Shown here one piece after another: positions 1 through 9,021 of a DNA stretch of 64,000 nt. The DNA comes from Elusimicrobiota bacterium (GTDB lineage Bacteria > Elusimicrobiota > Elusimicrobia > UBA1565 > UBA9628). The notes below the pieces were generated by a model. It searched no databases, had not been told where the DNA came from, and saw only the letters and a list, made by a program, of their open reading frames with translations. The stretch spans positions 73,713 through 137,712 of the forward strand of contig JAPLKL010000051.1 of the NCBI GenBank assembly GCA_026388095.1, in the 5' to 3' direction. The position numbers and the translations under genes are program-made. Positions within the stretch are counted from its first letter, which is position 1. Every line of letters starts with the position of its first letter.

Positions 1-1709
1 AGCTCAACGCCGCCAAGCTCCTCCCGGGCATCGCGAGCCACCCGGAAGTCTCCGCCGGCCTCGGCTCCTTGCGCCTGGCCGTCCTGGGGTCGAGCACCAC
101 GACGCAGCTCCTGCCGCTGCTGCGCCTGCATGCCTTCTGGGAAGGACTGCGCCTGGACATCTACGACGCGCCGTTCGGGGCTTATCAGCAGGAGATCCTC
201 GACCCGGGCTCAGGGCTCTACCGGTTCCAGCCGCAGGCCGCCCTGCTCTACGTCAACTACCGGGATGTCCGGCCCGGCGCGGCGGAAGACGAGGCGGCGC
301 GCTGGGCCTCGCTTTGGGACGCCCTGCGCCAGCGCGCCGCCTGCTCGGTCATCATGAACAACTTCGACCTGCCGGTGGAGCGGCCCTGGGGGAACCTGGA
401 GGGTGCGCGGGGCGACGCGGGCATCGGCCGGCTGCGCCGCCTCAACGCGCTCCTGGCTCAGCGCGCCGGTCAGGGTGTCCTGCTGCTGGACCAGGAACAC
501 CTTTCCGCTTGCGTAGGCAAGGAGCGCTGGCACGACCCGCGCTTCTGGCTGCATTCCCGGCAAGCCGTCGCGCTAGACGCCCTGCCCCGCTACGCCGCCG
601 AGGCGGCGGCCCTGCTCAAGGCCGTCGCGGGCAGGTCGCGCAAGGCCCTGGCCGTGGACCTCGACAACACCCTCTGGGGCGGCATCGTGGGCGACGACGG
701 CGCCGCCGGCCTCGAGCTGGGCGAGACGCCCCGAGGCGAGGCCTTCATCGAGTTCCAGCGCTACCTCAAGGCCCTGCGCGAGCGCGGGGTGCTGCTGGCC
801 GTCTGCTCCAAGAACGACCCCGGCCGGGCCCGGGAGCCCTTCCAGTCCAGGCCGGAGATGGCCCTGCGCCTGGAGGACTTCGCCGCCTTCGAAGCCAGTT
901 GGGGCGACAAGGTCGCGGGCCTGCGCGCCGTGGCCCGCGCCCTCAACGTCGGGCTCGACGCCCTGGCTTTCGCGGACGACAATCCCGCGGAGCGGGAGCT
1001 GGTCAAGCGCTGCCTGCCGGAGGTCGCCGTGGTGGACCTGCCCGAGGACCCCTCCGACTGGGTCCGCCGCCTGGACGCCCTGCGCCTCTTCGAGCCGGCC
1101 GCGGTCTCGGCCGAGGATTCCCTGCGCACCGGGCATTTCCAGGCTGAAGCCCGGCGCGCCCAGGTCCGAGAGCAGGCCCCGGACATGCCCGCGTTCCTGC
1201 GCGACCTGCAAATGGTCGCCCGGACCGGGCCCTTCGCGCCCGCCGACCTGGAGCGCATCGCCCAGCTCATCAACAAGACCAACCAGTTCAACCTCACCAC
1301 CAGACGCTACACCGAGGCGCAGGTGCGCGCCTTCATGCAGGACCCCTCCTGCTGGACCTTGGCGGTCCGCTTGAGCGACCGGTTCGGCGATTACGGCCTC
1401 ATCTCCGCGGCCATCGCGCGGCGCCGCGGCGCCGCCCTGGACCTGGATACCTGGTTGATGAGCTGCCGGGTCTTCGGCCGCGGCGTGGAGGATCTCGTGT
1501 TCAATCTCCTCCTTGCAGAGGCCCGGGAGCGCGGAGCCGAGGCCATCCTCGCCGACTACGCGCCCACGCCCAAGAACGACCCGGTCCGGGACCTTCTGCC
1601 CGGCCTCGGTTTCCGCAAGACGCAGGACGGCCGGTGGCGGCTGCAGGTCAGCGAGGCCAAGCCGCGGGAGGTGACGATCCAGCATGGATCCGCAAGCCCT
1701 GCACCTTGA
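1..1709 (+). CDS. FkbH-like HAD-IIIC glyceryl-ACP transferase/phosphatase (5' end outside window)
   Basis: DLDNTLWGG HAD motif, CSKND, KTNQFNLT and C-terminal MSCRVFGRGVE motifs; frame is open from position 3. Confidence 0.9.
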   Translation, partial: LNAAKLLPGIASHPEVSAGLGSLRLAVLGSSTTTQLLPLLRLHAFWEGLRLDIYDAPFGAYQQEILDPGSGLYRFQPQAALLYVNYRDVRPGAAEDEAARWASLWDALRQRAACSVIMNNFDLPVERPWGNLEGARGDAGIGRLRRLNALLAQRAGQGVLLLDQEHLSACVGKERWHDPRFWLHSRQAVALDALPRYAAEAAALLKAVAGRSRKALAVDLDNTLWGGIVGDDGAAGLELGETPRGEAFIEFQRYLKALRERGVLLAVCSKNDPGRAREPFQSRPEMALRLEDFAAFEASWGDKVAGLRAVARALNVGLDALAFADDNPAERELVKRCLPEVAVVDLPEDPSDWVRRLDALRLFEPAAVSAEDSLRTGHFQAEARRAQVREQAPDMPAFLRDLQMVARTGPFAPADLERIAQLINKTNQFNLTTRRYTEAQVRAFMQDPSCWTLAVRLSDRFGDYGLISAAIARRRGAALDLDTWLMSCRVFGRGVEDLVFNLLLAEARERGAEAILADYAPTPKNDPVRDLLPGLGFRKTQDGRWRLQVSEAKPREVTIQHGSASPAP

Positions 1710-1938
1710 GGTCCAGGCCGTCTTCCGCCGGGTCTTCGACCGCGAGGACCTCATCCTGCGCGACGACACCGCCGCCCGGGACATACCGGACTGGGATTCC
1801 CTGGCCCAGATCAACCTGGTGGTAGGCGCCGAGGAGGCCTTCGGCGTGCGCTTCCAGACCGCGGAGATACGGGCCCTCAAGAACGTCGGCGGATTCAAGC
1901 AGCTCATCGCCGGAAAGCTGGCGGCCCAGGGGCGCTGA
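1684..1938 (+). CDS. acyl carrier protein
   Basis: 84 aa acidic protein, WDSL phosphopantetheine-attachment motif, overlaps FkbH stop. Confidence 0.9.
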   Translation: MDPQALHLEVQAVFRRVFDREDLILRDDTAARDIPDWDSLAQINLVVGAEEAFGVRFQTAEIRALKNVGGFKQLIAGKLAAQGR

Positions 1939-2855
1939 TGCGGGTCCTGGTCACGGGCAGCGCCGGCTTCCTGGGCCGGGCCCTGGTCGAACGCCTGCGC
2001 CGCCGCGCAGGCCTGCGCCTGTTCCTGACCGACATCCTGCCGGCGCCCCGCTCCCGGACCTGCGACCTGCTCGACCGCGACGCGGCCCGGGGACTGGTCC
2101 GGGACTGCCGGCCGCGGCTCGTCTTCCACATGGCGGGGATGACCCGGCCCGGGCCCTGGCAGGACCTCTGGGACGCCCACGTGACCACCACCGTCAACCT
2201 GCTCGACGCGCTGCTGCGGCTGCCCCGGGCGCAACGGCCCCGGGTCGTGGTCGCCGGGTCCTCCGCCGAGTACGGCGCGGCGCGCCGTCTGCCGGTGACC
2301 GAGTCCGCGCCCCCCCGGCCGGTCTCGGTCTACGGCGCCACGAAGCTCTCCCAGACTTTGGCCGCGCTCTCCTTCCGCCATCACGGCCTCGTGGTCGCCG
2401 TGGCCAGGATGTTCAACGTGATGGGGCCGGGGATGCCCGAGCACCTGGCTCTGGGCAGCTTCGCCAGGCAGATCGCCTCGGCCGAGGCGGCCGGCGGACC
2501 GGCCCGGGTCATGGTCGGCGACCTCGGCACGCGCCGGGACTATATCGACGTGCGCGATGCCGCCGCCGCCCTGGAAGCGCTGTCCTCACCTCAGGTGCCT
2601 GGCGGGGTGTTCAATGTCTGCTCCGGACGATCCCGGACCATGCGCGAGCTTCTGTCGCGGCTGACCGCGATGTCCGCCTGTCCGGTCGGCGTGTCGGTGG
2701 ATCGCGCGCGCCTGCGCCCGTCCGACGTGCGGGAATTCTACGGCGACTCCCGCAGACTTCGGCGCGCCACGGGCTGGAAGCCGCTCATCCCGCCCGCGCA
2801 AAGCCTGCGGGACACTTTGGACTGGCATCGGTGCCGCCTGGCGGCGCGGACATGA
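1938..2855 (+). CDS. NAD-dependent epimerase/reductase, Rmd-like (GDP-4-keto-6-deoxymannose reductase family)
   Basis: GSAGFLG Rossmann motif, SSAEYG, YGATK, RDYIDVRD, RLRPSD. Confidence 0.8.
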   Translation: MRVLVTGSAGFLGRALVERLRRRAGLRLFLTDILPAPRSRTCDLLDRDAARGLVRDCRPRLVFHMAGMTRPGPWQDLWDAHVTTTVNLLDALLRLPRAQRPRVVVAGSSAEYGAARRLPVTESAPPRPVSVYGATKLSQTLAALSFRHHGLVVAVARMFNVMGPGMPEHLALGSFARQIASAEAAGGPARVMVGDLGTRRDYIDVRDAAAALEALSSPQVPGGVFNVCSGRSRTMRELLSRLTAMSACPVGVSVDRARLRPSDVREFYGDSRRLRRATGWKPLIPPAQSLRDTLDWHRCRLAART

Positions 2856-3823
2856 CGAGCATCCGCCCCGGCCTTCCCGAGGATGGTCCCGGCATGCGGG
2901 AGCTCTTCGCGCTCTGCCATGAGCGGGAGCTCCCCGCGGACCTCTGGGACTGGCGCTACCGCGGCGGCCCGGAGGGCGGCGCGCTCATCGATGTGGCGGT
3001 CGACGACGGCCGCGTGGTGGGCCACCTCGCCGCTTTGCCCGTCCGGCTGGAGCGCGGGGAGCGGACGCTCGCGGCCGCTTTATGGGTCGACCTCATGGTC
3101 CATCCCGCCCACCGCAACCTCGACGTGTTCCTGGAGATGGCCGAGGCCAACCGGGCCCACTGCGCCGCCGCGGGCCGCGAGCTGCTCTTCGCCTTCCCCA
3201 ACGACCGCAGCTTCCCTCTGCTCAAGCGCATGCTCGATTGGCATGCGGTGGAGGACGTCGCGGCCCTGGAAGCGCCCCTGTCCGGCCTGGCCCAGCCCGG
3301 CCCGCCGGCCTCGGGCTGGCAAGTGGCTACGGGCTTGGAGCCGGCCCCGGAATTCGACGCGTTCTGGGAGGAGGTGCGGCCGCGCGAGGCCTGGGCCGTC
3401 CGGCGCGGCCAGGCCCGGCTGGCCTGGCGCTATCTGGCCAAGCCCCGAGCCGGCTACGGGTTCTGGACGGCGCGGGACGAGACCGGCCGGCTGCGCGGCT
3501 GGCTCGCCGCCAAGGTCTTCGCCGGAGCGCCGGGCCCCGTGGGCGACATCCTCGATTTCTGGGTCGCGGCCGGCGCCGAGCCGGCCCTCTGCGGGCTCTG
3601 GGGAGCCGCACTCGGTCATTTCCGGAAGCACGCCGTGCTCACGGTCTCGGCTTGGGCCTTGCGCGGCACGCCGTGGTTCACCCGCTACCAGGAGCTGGGG
3701 CTGGGGCCCTGCGGCCCCATCACGCATTTCGCCGGCCGTCGGACCTCGTCCGGCGGCGCTGCGGCGTTCCCCGGACTCGGCCGCGATTGGCACATAGCCA
3801 AAGGAGACTCCGATGTCTTTTAA
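2852..3823 (+). CDS. GNAT-family acyltransferase
   Basis: DLMVHPAHR motif, FAFPN, C-terminal GDSDVF; ATGA overlap with upstream stop. Confidence 0.75.
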   Translation: MTSIRPGLPEDGPGMRELFALCHERELPADLWDWRYRGGPEGGALIDVAVDDGRVVGHLAALPVRLERGERTLAAALWVDLMVHPAHRNLDVFLEMAEANRAHCAAAGRELLFAFPNDRSFPLLKRMLDWHAVEDVAALEAPLSGLAQPGPPASGWQVATGLEPAPEFDAFWEEVRPREAWAVRRGQARLAWRYLAKPRAGYGFWTARDETGRLRGWLAAKVFAGAPGPVGDILDFWVAAGAEPALCGLWGAALGHFRKHAVLTVSAWALRGTPWFTRYQELGLGPCGPITHFAGRRTSSGGAAAFPGLGRDWHIAKGDSDVF

Positions 3824-4448
3824 CGTCCTGGCCGTTTCCGCCCATTTCGACGACGCCGAGATCGGCTGTGGGGGGACGCTCGCCCGGCATGTGCGCGCCG
3901 GCGACCGGACCTACCTCTACGTGGCCACCCGTTCCGACTACGCCGACCTCGACCAGCGTCCCATCCGCTCCGCGCGGACCGCCCTGCGGGAGGGGACCCG
4001 GGCGGCCCGGGCCATCGGCGCGCGCCTCATCACCGGGGATTTCCCGACCTTCGGGCTGCGCTATGACGACGCCCTCATCTGCGCGGTGCGCCGGATCATC
4101 GAGGAGAAGCGCATCGACACCCTTTATCTGCCCTGGACGGGCGACGCCCACCAGGACCACCGCGCTTTAGCGCGCGCCGCCATCACGGCCGGGCGCCACT
4201 GCCCGCGGCTGCTCATGTACCGCATCAACTACTACGACACCGAGGAGACCTTCGAGCCCCGCCACTACGTGGACATCTCGGCGACGATGGCGGCCAAGTC
4301 GCGCGCTTTGCGCGCGCACGCCTCGGAGCATCGCCGCACCGGCGGCCGCTGGCTGGAGTTCATCACCAAGGAGGACCGCACCACGGGCATCAAGCTGGGA
4401 GTCCGCTACGCCGAGGCCTTCCATGTGGTGCGCTATCTGATCCCTTGA
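3813..4448 (+). CDS. PIG-L/LmbE family N-deacetylase
   Basis: AHFDDAEIGCGGT and HQDH metal motifs, YAEAF C-terminus. Confidence 0.85.
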   Translation: MSFNVLAVSAHFDDAEIGCGGTLARHVRAGDRTYLYVATRSDYADLDQRPIRSARTALREGTRAARAIGARLITGDFPTFGLRYDDALICAVRRIIEEKRIDTLYLPWTGDAHQDHRALARAAITAGRHCPRLLMYRINYYDTEETFEPRHYVDISATMAAKSRALRAHASEHRRTGGRWLEFITKEDRTTGIKLGVRYAEAFHVVRYLIP

Positions 4449-5575
4449 ACCCGGAGGACGCGGCGCCCCAGATCGTCATCCTGAGCTCCATCGAATGGGG
4501 AGCGGCCTGGCAGCGCCATCAGATGTTCGCGGCGCAGTTCGCCGCGGCCGGCCATGAAGTCTTCTTCGTCGAGAACACGGGCTTCCGCAACCCAGGCCCG
4601 CGGGACCTGGGCCGCCTTTGGAGCCGCCTGGCCGGGCCGGCCGGCGGCGCCAGCAACCCCCGCCCGGCCGGGGTGAGCATCGTCTCCCCCCTCGTCCTGC
4701 CGCCCACCTCGGGGGCCTTCCGCCGGGCCAACGCCGCGGTCTTCATACCGCGCCTGCTGGCCCAGTTGTGCCGGCTCGGCCTGCGGCCGCGGCCGGTGGT
4801 CATCGCCTATTTCGCCACGGAGACCACCTTGGAACTGCTGCGGCGGCTGGATGCGTCCGTGGTGGTCTATGACTGCGCCTCCAACTTCCGCGCCCACCCC
4901 CGGGTTCCCGCCGATTTCCCGCGCCAGGAGGCCGAGTTGCTGCGCCTGGCGGGCCTGGTGGTCTGCGACTCGGACTTCCTCTTGCGCCAGAAGCAGGCCG
5001 AGCACCCCCGGGTGGTCCAGATCCACCAGGGCGTCAGCGAGGATTTCCTCGAGGCGAAGCCGCCGCGTCCGGATTTCCGCCGCTTCTGCTACTACGGGAC
5101 CTGGGTCCCGGACCTGGATCCGGCCTTCTTGATCGCCCTGGCAGAAGCGGGCTTCGAGGTGACGGTCAGCGGCTTCTGCAAAGGACAGCCGCCCGACTGG
5201 CCCCCATCCATCCGGCGCTTGCCCCCCGCGCCCCTGGAAGGACTGGTCAAGCGGCTGGAGGAGTTCGACGTTTTCCTGCTCCCCCACAAGCTCACCCAGT
5301 TCCATCTGGGCGTCATCCCGGCCAAGATCTACGAGATCATGGCCATGGGCCGCCCCGTGCTGGCCACCCCTTTGCCATCCCTGGCGCCCCTGAAGCGGCT
5401 CGTCCACATCGCCGATTCCCCGGCCGACTGGGTGCGCGTCGCCCGGGACCTTCCCAGGACCGAGACCGCGGCCCTGCGGGAGGAGCGCATCGCCCTGGCC
5501 AAAGAGCATACCCATGCCAAGGAATTCCGGCGCTTCCAAGAGGCGGTCCGAGGGGCTTGGGAGCGAAATAGATAA
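4445..5575 (+). CDS. GT-B glycosyltransferase (GT4-like)
   Basis: WQRHQ N-terminal motif, YDC, PAKIYEIMAMGRPV. Confidence 0.8.
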   Translation: MNPEDAAPQIVILSSIEWGAAWQRHQMFAAQFAAAGHEVFFVENTGFRNPGPRDLGRLWSRLAGPAGGASNPRPAGVSIVSPLVLPPTSGAFRRANAAVFIPRLLAQLCRLGLRPRPVVIAYFATETTLELLRRLDASVVVYDCASNFRAHPRVPADFPRQEAELLRLAGLVVCDSDFLLRQKQAEHPRVVQIHQGVSEDFLEAKPPRPDFRRFCYYGTWVPDLDPAFLIALAEAGFEVTVSGFCKGQPPDWPPSIRRLPPAPLEGLVKRLEEFDVFLLPHKLTQFHLGVIPAKIYEIMAMGRPVLATPLPSLAPLKRLVHIADSPADWVRVARDLPRTETAALREERIALAKEHTHAKEFRRFQEAVRGAWERNR

Positions 5576-5589
5576 CAAAAGTCATCGTA

Positions 5590-5620
5590 TTGTAAGCGGG
5601 GTGCTCTGACCGACTGAGCT
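5590..5620 (-). pseudogene. tRNA-Val(TAC) 5' fragment (D-arm through anticodon loop), probable att remnant
   Basis: minus strand A-GCTC-AGTCGGTCA-GAGC-A-CCCCG-CTTACAA = D-stem/loop, 5' anticodon stem and complete 7-nt loop; no acceptor stem or 3' half. Confidence 0.7.
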
Positions 5621-5707
5621 CGGGGCAACTACGCTGATTTCACAAAGAAAAACCGGGGCATTGCTCGACCTCCCAAAAATGGATAGGTGCCCATCTGGGT
5701 GTCCACG

Positions 5708-6496
5708 CTACAGGTTGGCGATGAGCCTTTCCATGACAAGCCGCGCCGCCGCTCCAGCATCATAGCGCACAGCCGCAGCCAGTAACGGGCTCAAGTCGTC
5801 ATTGAATTGGCGCAAGGCGACTTTGGCCGTCAGGTTTTTCTCGAACTCACTGCGGCTCACCTTGCTGCCTTCGGCTGCCATGTACTTGCGGAAGGTCTCC
5901 ACAATCCGCCTCGGATCGCTTCCCTTCATGCCCAGACCCCGCCACAAGTCGAACAGATCCCGCCCCTTGCGACGCTGATAAAGCGCGCGCAGCTTGGTGG
6001 CCAAGAGCTCATCAAGAGTGCAGGTTCGCACCTCCGCCCGTCCTTCAAACCATGGCGATTGGATGGCGAATGGATGGCCGATAGCTCCGAACACAGTGAA
6101 GTGCTCCCGGGTATTGATCTCGATCTTAAGCCGAAGCGGGACCACGGGCGCTATCTCGGATTCCATGCGATAGCGCAACGTCACATTATCCGGGCCGCTT
6201 TCCCGGCGGGGCACCCCCAGGATGGGATCGAGCCGGGAACGGATGGCGTTGAGCACCGGGCCGATGGGACCGGCGGAAACCTGCACGAGGTCGATGTCTT
6301 CGGAGTATCGTTGAGGCGACGTGACGAACAGCTTGTGCAGCGCTGTCCCTCCGCGCAGGAGGAGCGCCGGGGCCAGAACTGGGTCTTGGAATATCTCGAT
6401 GAGCGCTCGGCACAGGATCAAGTCCTGCTCGACTTGCGCATCCTGCGGCCAGGGGGCGACATTGCGCCAATGAGTGATTGCGGCCTGGGGAATCAT
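5708..6496 (-). CDS. abiEii: type IV TA toxin, AbiEii nucleotidyltransferase
   Basis: QVEQDL, RGGTALHK, RYSEDIDL, KLRALYQRRKGRDLFD motifs; start at MIPQ overlaps abiEi stop. Confidence 0.92.
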   Translation of the reverse strand: MIPQAAITHWRNVAPWPQDAQVEQDLILCRALIEIFQDPVLAPALLLRGGTALHKLFVTSPQRYSEDIDLVQVSAGPIGPVLNAIRSRLDPILGVPRRESGPDNVTLRYRMESEIAPVVPLRLKIEINTREHFTVFGAIGHPFAIQSPWFEGRAEVRTCTLDELLATKLRALYQRRKGRDLFDLWRGLGMKGSDPRRIVETFRKYMAAEGSKVSRSEFEKNLTAKVALRQFNDDLSPLLAAAVRYDAGAAARLVMERLIANL

Positions 6497-7293
6497 GCTT
6501 CCGGCTCCGGCCGGGCGTTGATCAGGACATGCCACTTCCGGCTTTCAGTTGCCCCAGCAATTGGAGCTGTCGGATCAAGGGGACGCGGCGGAGCATCTTT
6601 GACCATGTTGAGGAACCCTTTGGACAGATCATGCCGCCGGAGCATATCCAGGAGGTATCCTAGCCGCTGGGCCACAATGTCGTCTCCATACCGCTTCACC
6701 GTATCTCCGAGCTTGCCGGGGTCCAGTTTCTCGGCTAATTCCGAGATGATCGTGACCACGTTATCCAGTCCTCCAGAGGCCTTGCAGTAGCGGACGAGGT
6801 CCCAGGCCGTGGTCTCTGGAGTGGATGCCATCAGGATGCCGGTCGGGGTCTTGACCTCTTGTGTCTGCGAACGATCGAAGGGACCCTTGCCGTGGAAGCG
6901 GATCAAGACGTTGCCCGCCCGAACGGGGCGGAGGGCGCGCTCAGGAATCATGACTTGAAATTCCTGGGGCCGGTGATGGGCAGCTCCGTGCAACTGCGCT
7001 GCGGAGAGAAGCCCCACATAGTATGGCCGAGCCATGTCTTTCATGAGTTCGTGGATGAACCACTCCGGCGGCAAGATGCCGGCAGAGCGATGCTGCGGGT
7101 CCACGATCACATAGAATCCGGATCTGGGCATGACGAGGCACCCTGCCTTGACCAGGCGATGCAGGGACATGTAAACAGCCGCCGGCGATGTGCCCAATCT
7201 TCTGTCGGCTTCTTCGCGAGCGAAGGTGTAGCGGCCCTGCCCAAGAAGTTCTTCAATAAACCCGCCGGCCAGAATCGGAGAAGTCCGTTCCAT
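6493..7293 (-). CDS. abiEi: type IV TA antitoxin AbiEi
   Basis: N-terminal wHTH, YYVGLLSAAQLHGAAH, STPETTAWD, QRLGYLLD; directly upstream of the toxin. Confidence 0.9.
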   Translation of the reverse strand: MERTSPILAGGFIEELLGQGRYTFAREEADRRLGTSPAAVYMSLHRLVKAGCLVMPRSGFYVIVDPQHRSAGILPPEWFIHELMKDMARPYYVGLLSAAQLHGAAHHRPQEFQVMIPERALRPVRAGNVLIRFHGKGPFDRSQTQEVKTPTGILMASTPETTAWDLVRYCKASGGLDNVVTIISELAEKLDPGKLGDTVKRYGDDIVAQRLGYLLDMLRRHDLSKGFLNMVKDAPPRPLDPTAPIAGATESRKWHVLINARPEPEA

Positions 7294-7297
7294 GTCT

Positions 7298-7334
7298 GTT
7301 GCAAATTATAACGAAGTTCGTTAGATTCTGCAAC
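7298..7334 (-). promoter_or_regulatory. abiE sigma70 promoter covered by a long inverted repeat
   Basis: minus strand TTGCAG-N17-TATAAT; IR GTTGCA..TAACGAA-C-TTCGTTA..TGCAAC spans both boxes. Confidence 0.8.
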
Positions 7335-7406
7335 CTGTTTTATTGCCCGAAGTCTCGCTGTCCTGCTGCGGAATACTTAGCCGCGAGTTCTCGATTCGCG
7401 CAAGCC

Positions 7407-8045
7407 TCAGGGGCGGGCCACAAAATCGAACCCATCGCGGCCCAAGCGGCTCATGAGCTTCTGGATGACCCCGCGAGCATCGTCGTCCGGTCCAGAGATG
7501 TATCGGGGCTTCCCATCCGGCCCGCCGAAAATGATGTCCTGTTGGTGGGTCAGTTCCTCCGTCCCCAGGACGTGGCGGGACAAATTAAAATCGGGATGGG
7601 GGTCGAATCCCAGCCTCCCGGCATATTCGATCGCCCCGAAGATGATCTCCTTGGCGTGATTGATCCCGATTGGTTTAGGCGCCTGCTCCGGAAAACTTTT
7701 GGCCAGGAAGTCCCCCTCGAATCTTGCGACCGGCAAATCCGCGTTGCAGAAGGTGTTCTTTAGTCCCGAACAGAAAACATCCACCAAGTAGAGCCCCAGG
7801 ATGAGGTTGCCGTTTGGCTGGCGCCGGGTGACCGCGATCGTTGCGAGGCCCGAGTCCCTCCAGTTGGGATTGATAAGGCAGGCATCGACGGGGTACTCGT
7901 CGGAGGACTTGATGAGGTGCTTCTTCTCAGCCTTGGACCAGGCAACCGCCGTGACAGGTGCCTGTGCCTCTTCTTTAGGCAGGCAGCATTTCTTATATTT
8001 CCTGCCGCTACCGCAGGGACAAGGATCGTTTCTCCCGGCGCTCAT
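7407..8045 (-). CDS. SEC-C motif-containing protein
   Basis: N-terminal GRNDPCPCGSGRKYKKCC. Confidence 0.85.
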   Translation of the reverse strand: MSAGRNDPCPCGSGRKYKKCCLPKEEAQAPVTAVAWSKAEKKHLIKSSDEYPVDACLINPNWRDSGLATIAVTRRQPNGNLILGLYLVDVFCSGLKNTFCNADLPVARFEGDFLAKSFPEQAPKPIGINHAKEIIFGAIEYAGRLGFDPHPDFNLSRHVLGTEELTHQQDIIFGGPDGKPRYISGPDDDARGVIQKLMSRLGRDGFDFVARP

Positions 8046-8080
8046 GCCGGGATACCCTTCCGCGTCATTCGCCGCCCCCC

Positions 8081-8920
8081 TCAGTGCAGCATCTCGGGAT
8101 TCCGCAGGACCACAACACCCGACTTACCGCAGTCGGGACAGCACCAATGGACCTCCGAAGGCTTCCTGAGGACGTTGATGATCCCGAGGCACCATCTCCT
8201 TGAAGGCCCGGCCATGCAAGGCACCATGGAAGGCAACTCGTCATCGATCGGCATGTCAGCGGCCGAGGCGATGATCGCGTGGAAAAAGCGGGCCATCTCC
8301 TTCGTGCGCCTTGGGGCCGCGGGATCGGCCAACGCCCCATCGAAATGCTCGGGCTTGGTAATGAAGGCCGGCGCCTCCCTCGGCGAAGGCGTGGGCCCGC
8401 CTACCGAACGGCCAGGCGCAGCGGCAGCAGCAGCGGCGCCGGGACCCGAAACGGAAGGACTGGGCACAAGCGGAACCGCGTTCTTTATCTCCTGGTACAA
8501 ATACCAACCGACCCCTTTCGATCCAAGAACCCGCTCTTCGGTCGGCGGACTGACCAGGACGTCCCTGAGGCTCTTATACCGGAGCCTGACGAGAGCTTTC
8601 ACCGCTCGTGATGAAAGTCCTCCCCATTCTCTCCGAAGGAACTTGTTCCTCTCCATCTTCCGACTGATGTTCCAAATATTCGACGAGCTGCAGCGCAGTT
8701 CCTTGGCGATCTCCGCCTGCGTCCTACCCTGAGCCAAGCGAGTCTTCACCAAGCCATAGAGTTCAGCATGGACCGCCTCGTCAATATCCACCCAGGCCAG
8801 GTGCGGGAAGCGGCGCTGAATGACCCCATACCCACCGCCCGTCTTAAATTGACGGAGGATCTCGCGGATAGGAATGCCCTTGACCAAAAGAGACTCTGGT
8901 CCGGACGCGGAGTCAGTCAT
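8081..8920 (-). CDS. hypothetical multidomain DNA-binding protein (DUF433-like, HTH, RNAP alpha-CTD-like, Cys-rich tail)
   Basis: GIPIREIL..FPHL..DIDEAV; TQAEIAKELRCSSSNI HTH; GLSSRAVKAL..KGVG HhH; CCPDCG. Start uncertain (8920-8971). Confidence 0.6.
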   Translation of the reverse strand: MTDSASGPESLLVKGIPIREILRQFKTGGGYGVIQRRFPHLAWVDIDEAVHAELYGLVKTRLAQGRTQAEIAKELRCSSSNIWNISRKMERNKFLRREWGGLSSRAVKALVRLRYKSLRDVLVSPPTEERVLGSKGVGWYLYQEIKNAVPLVPSPSVSGPGAAAAAAAPGRSVGGPTPSPREAPAFITKPEHFDGALADPAAPRRTKEMARFFHAIIASAADMPIDDELPSMVPCMAGPSRRWCLGIINVLRKPSEVHWCCPDCGKSGVVVLRNPEMLH

Positions 8921-9021
8921 TTCTTCCGGCATTATACCAAAGCGCCTTCTCACGAGCCCAAAGGACGCCATCCCGCAAGCGGCGCCATTTGATATTCTGT
9001 CTGCGTCAGGACTCGAGACCC

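Noticed and set aside
573-2444. Long antisense and alternate-frame ORFs (also 10354-11958, 12248-13921, 58323-59474 and the 57339 extension)
   Set aside because: Shadow ORFs of high-GC genes; no motifs, and they overlap well-supported CDSs
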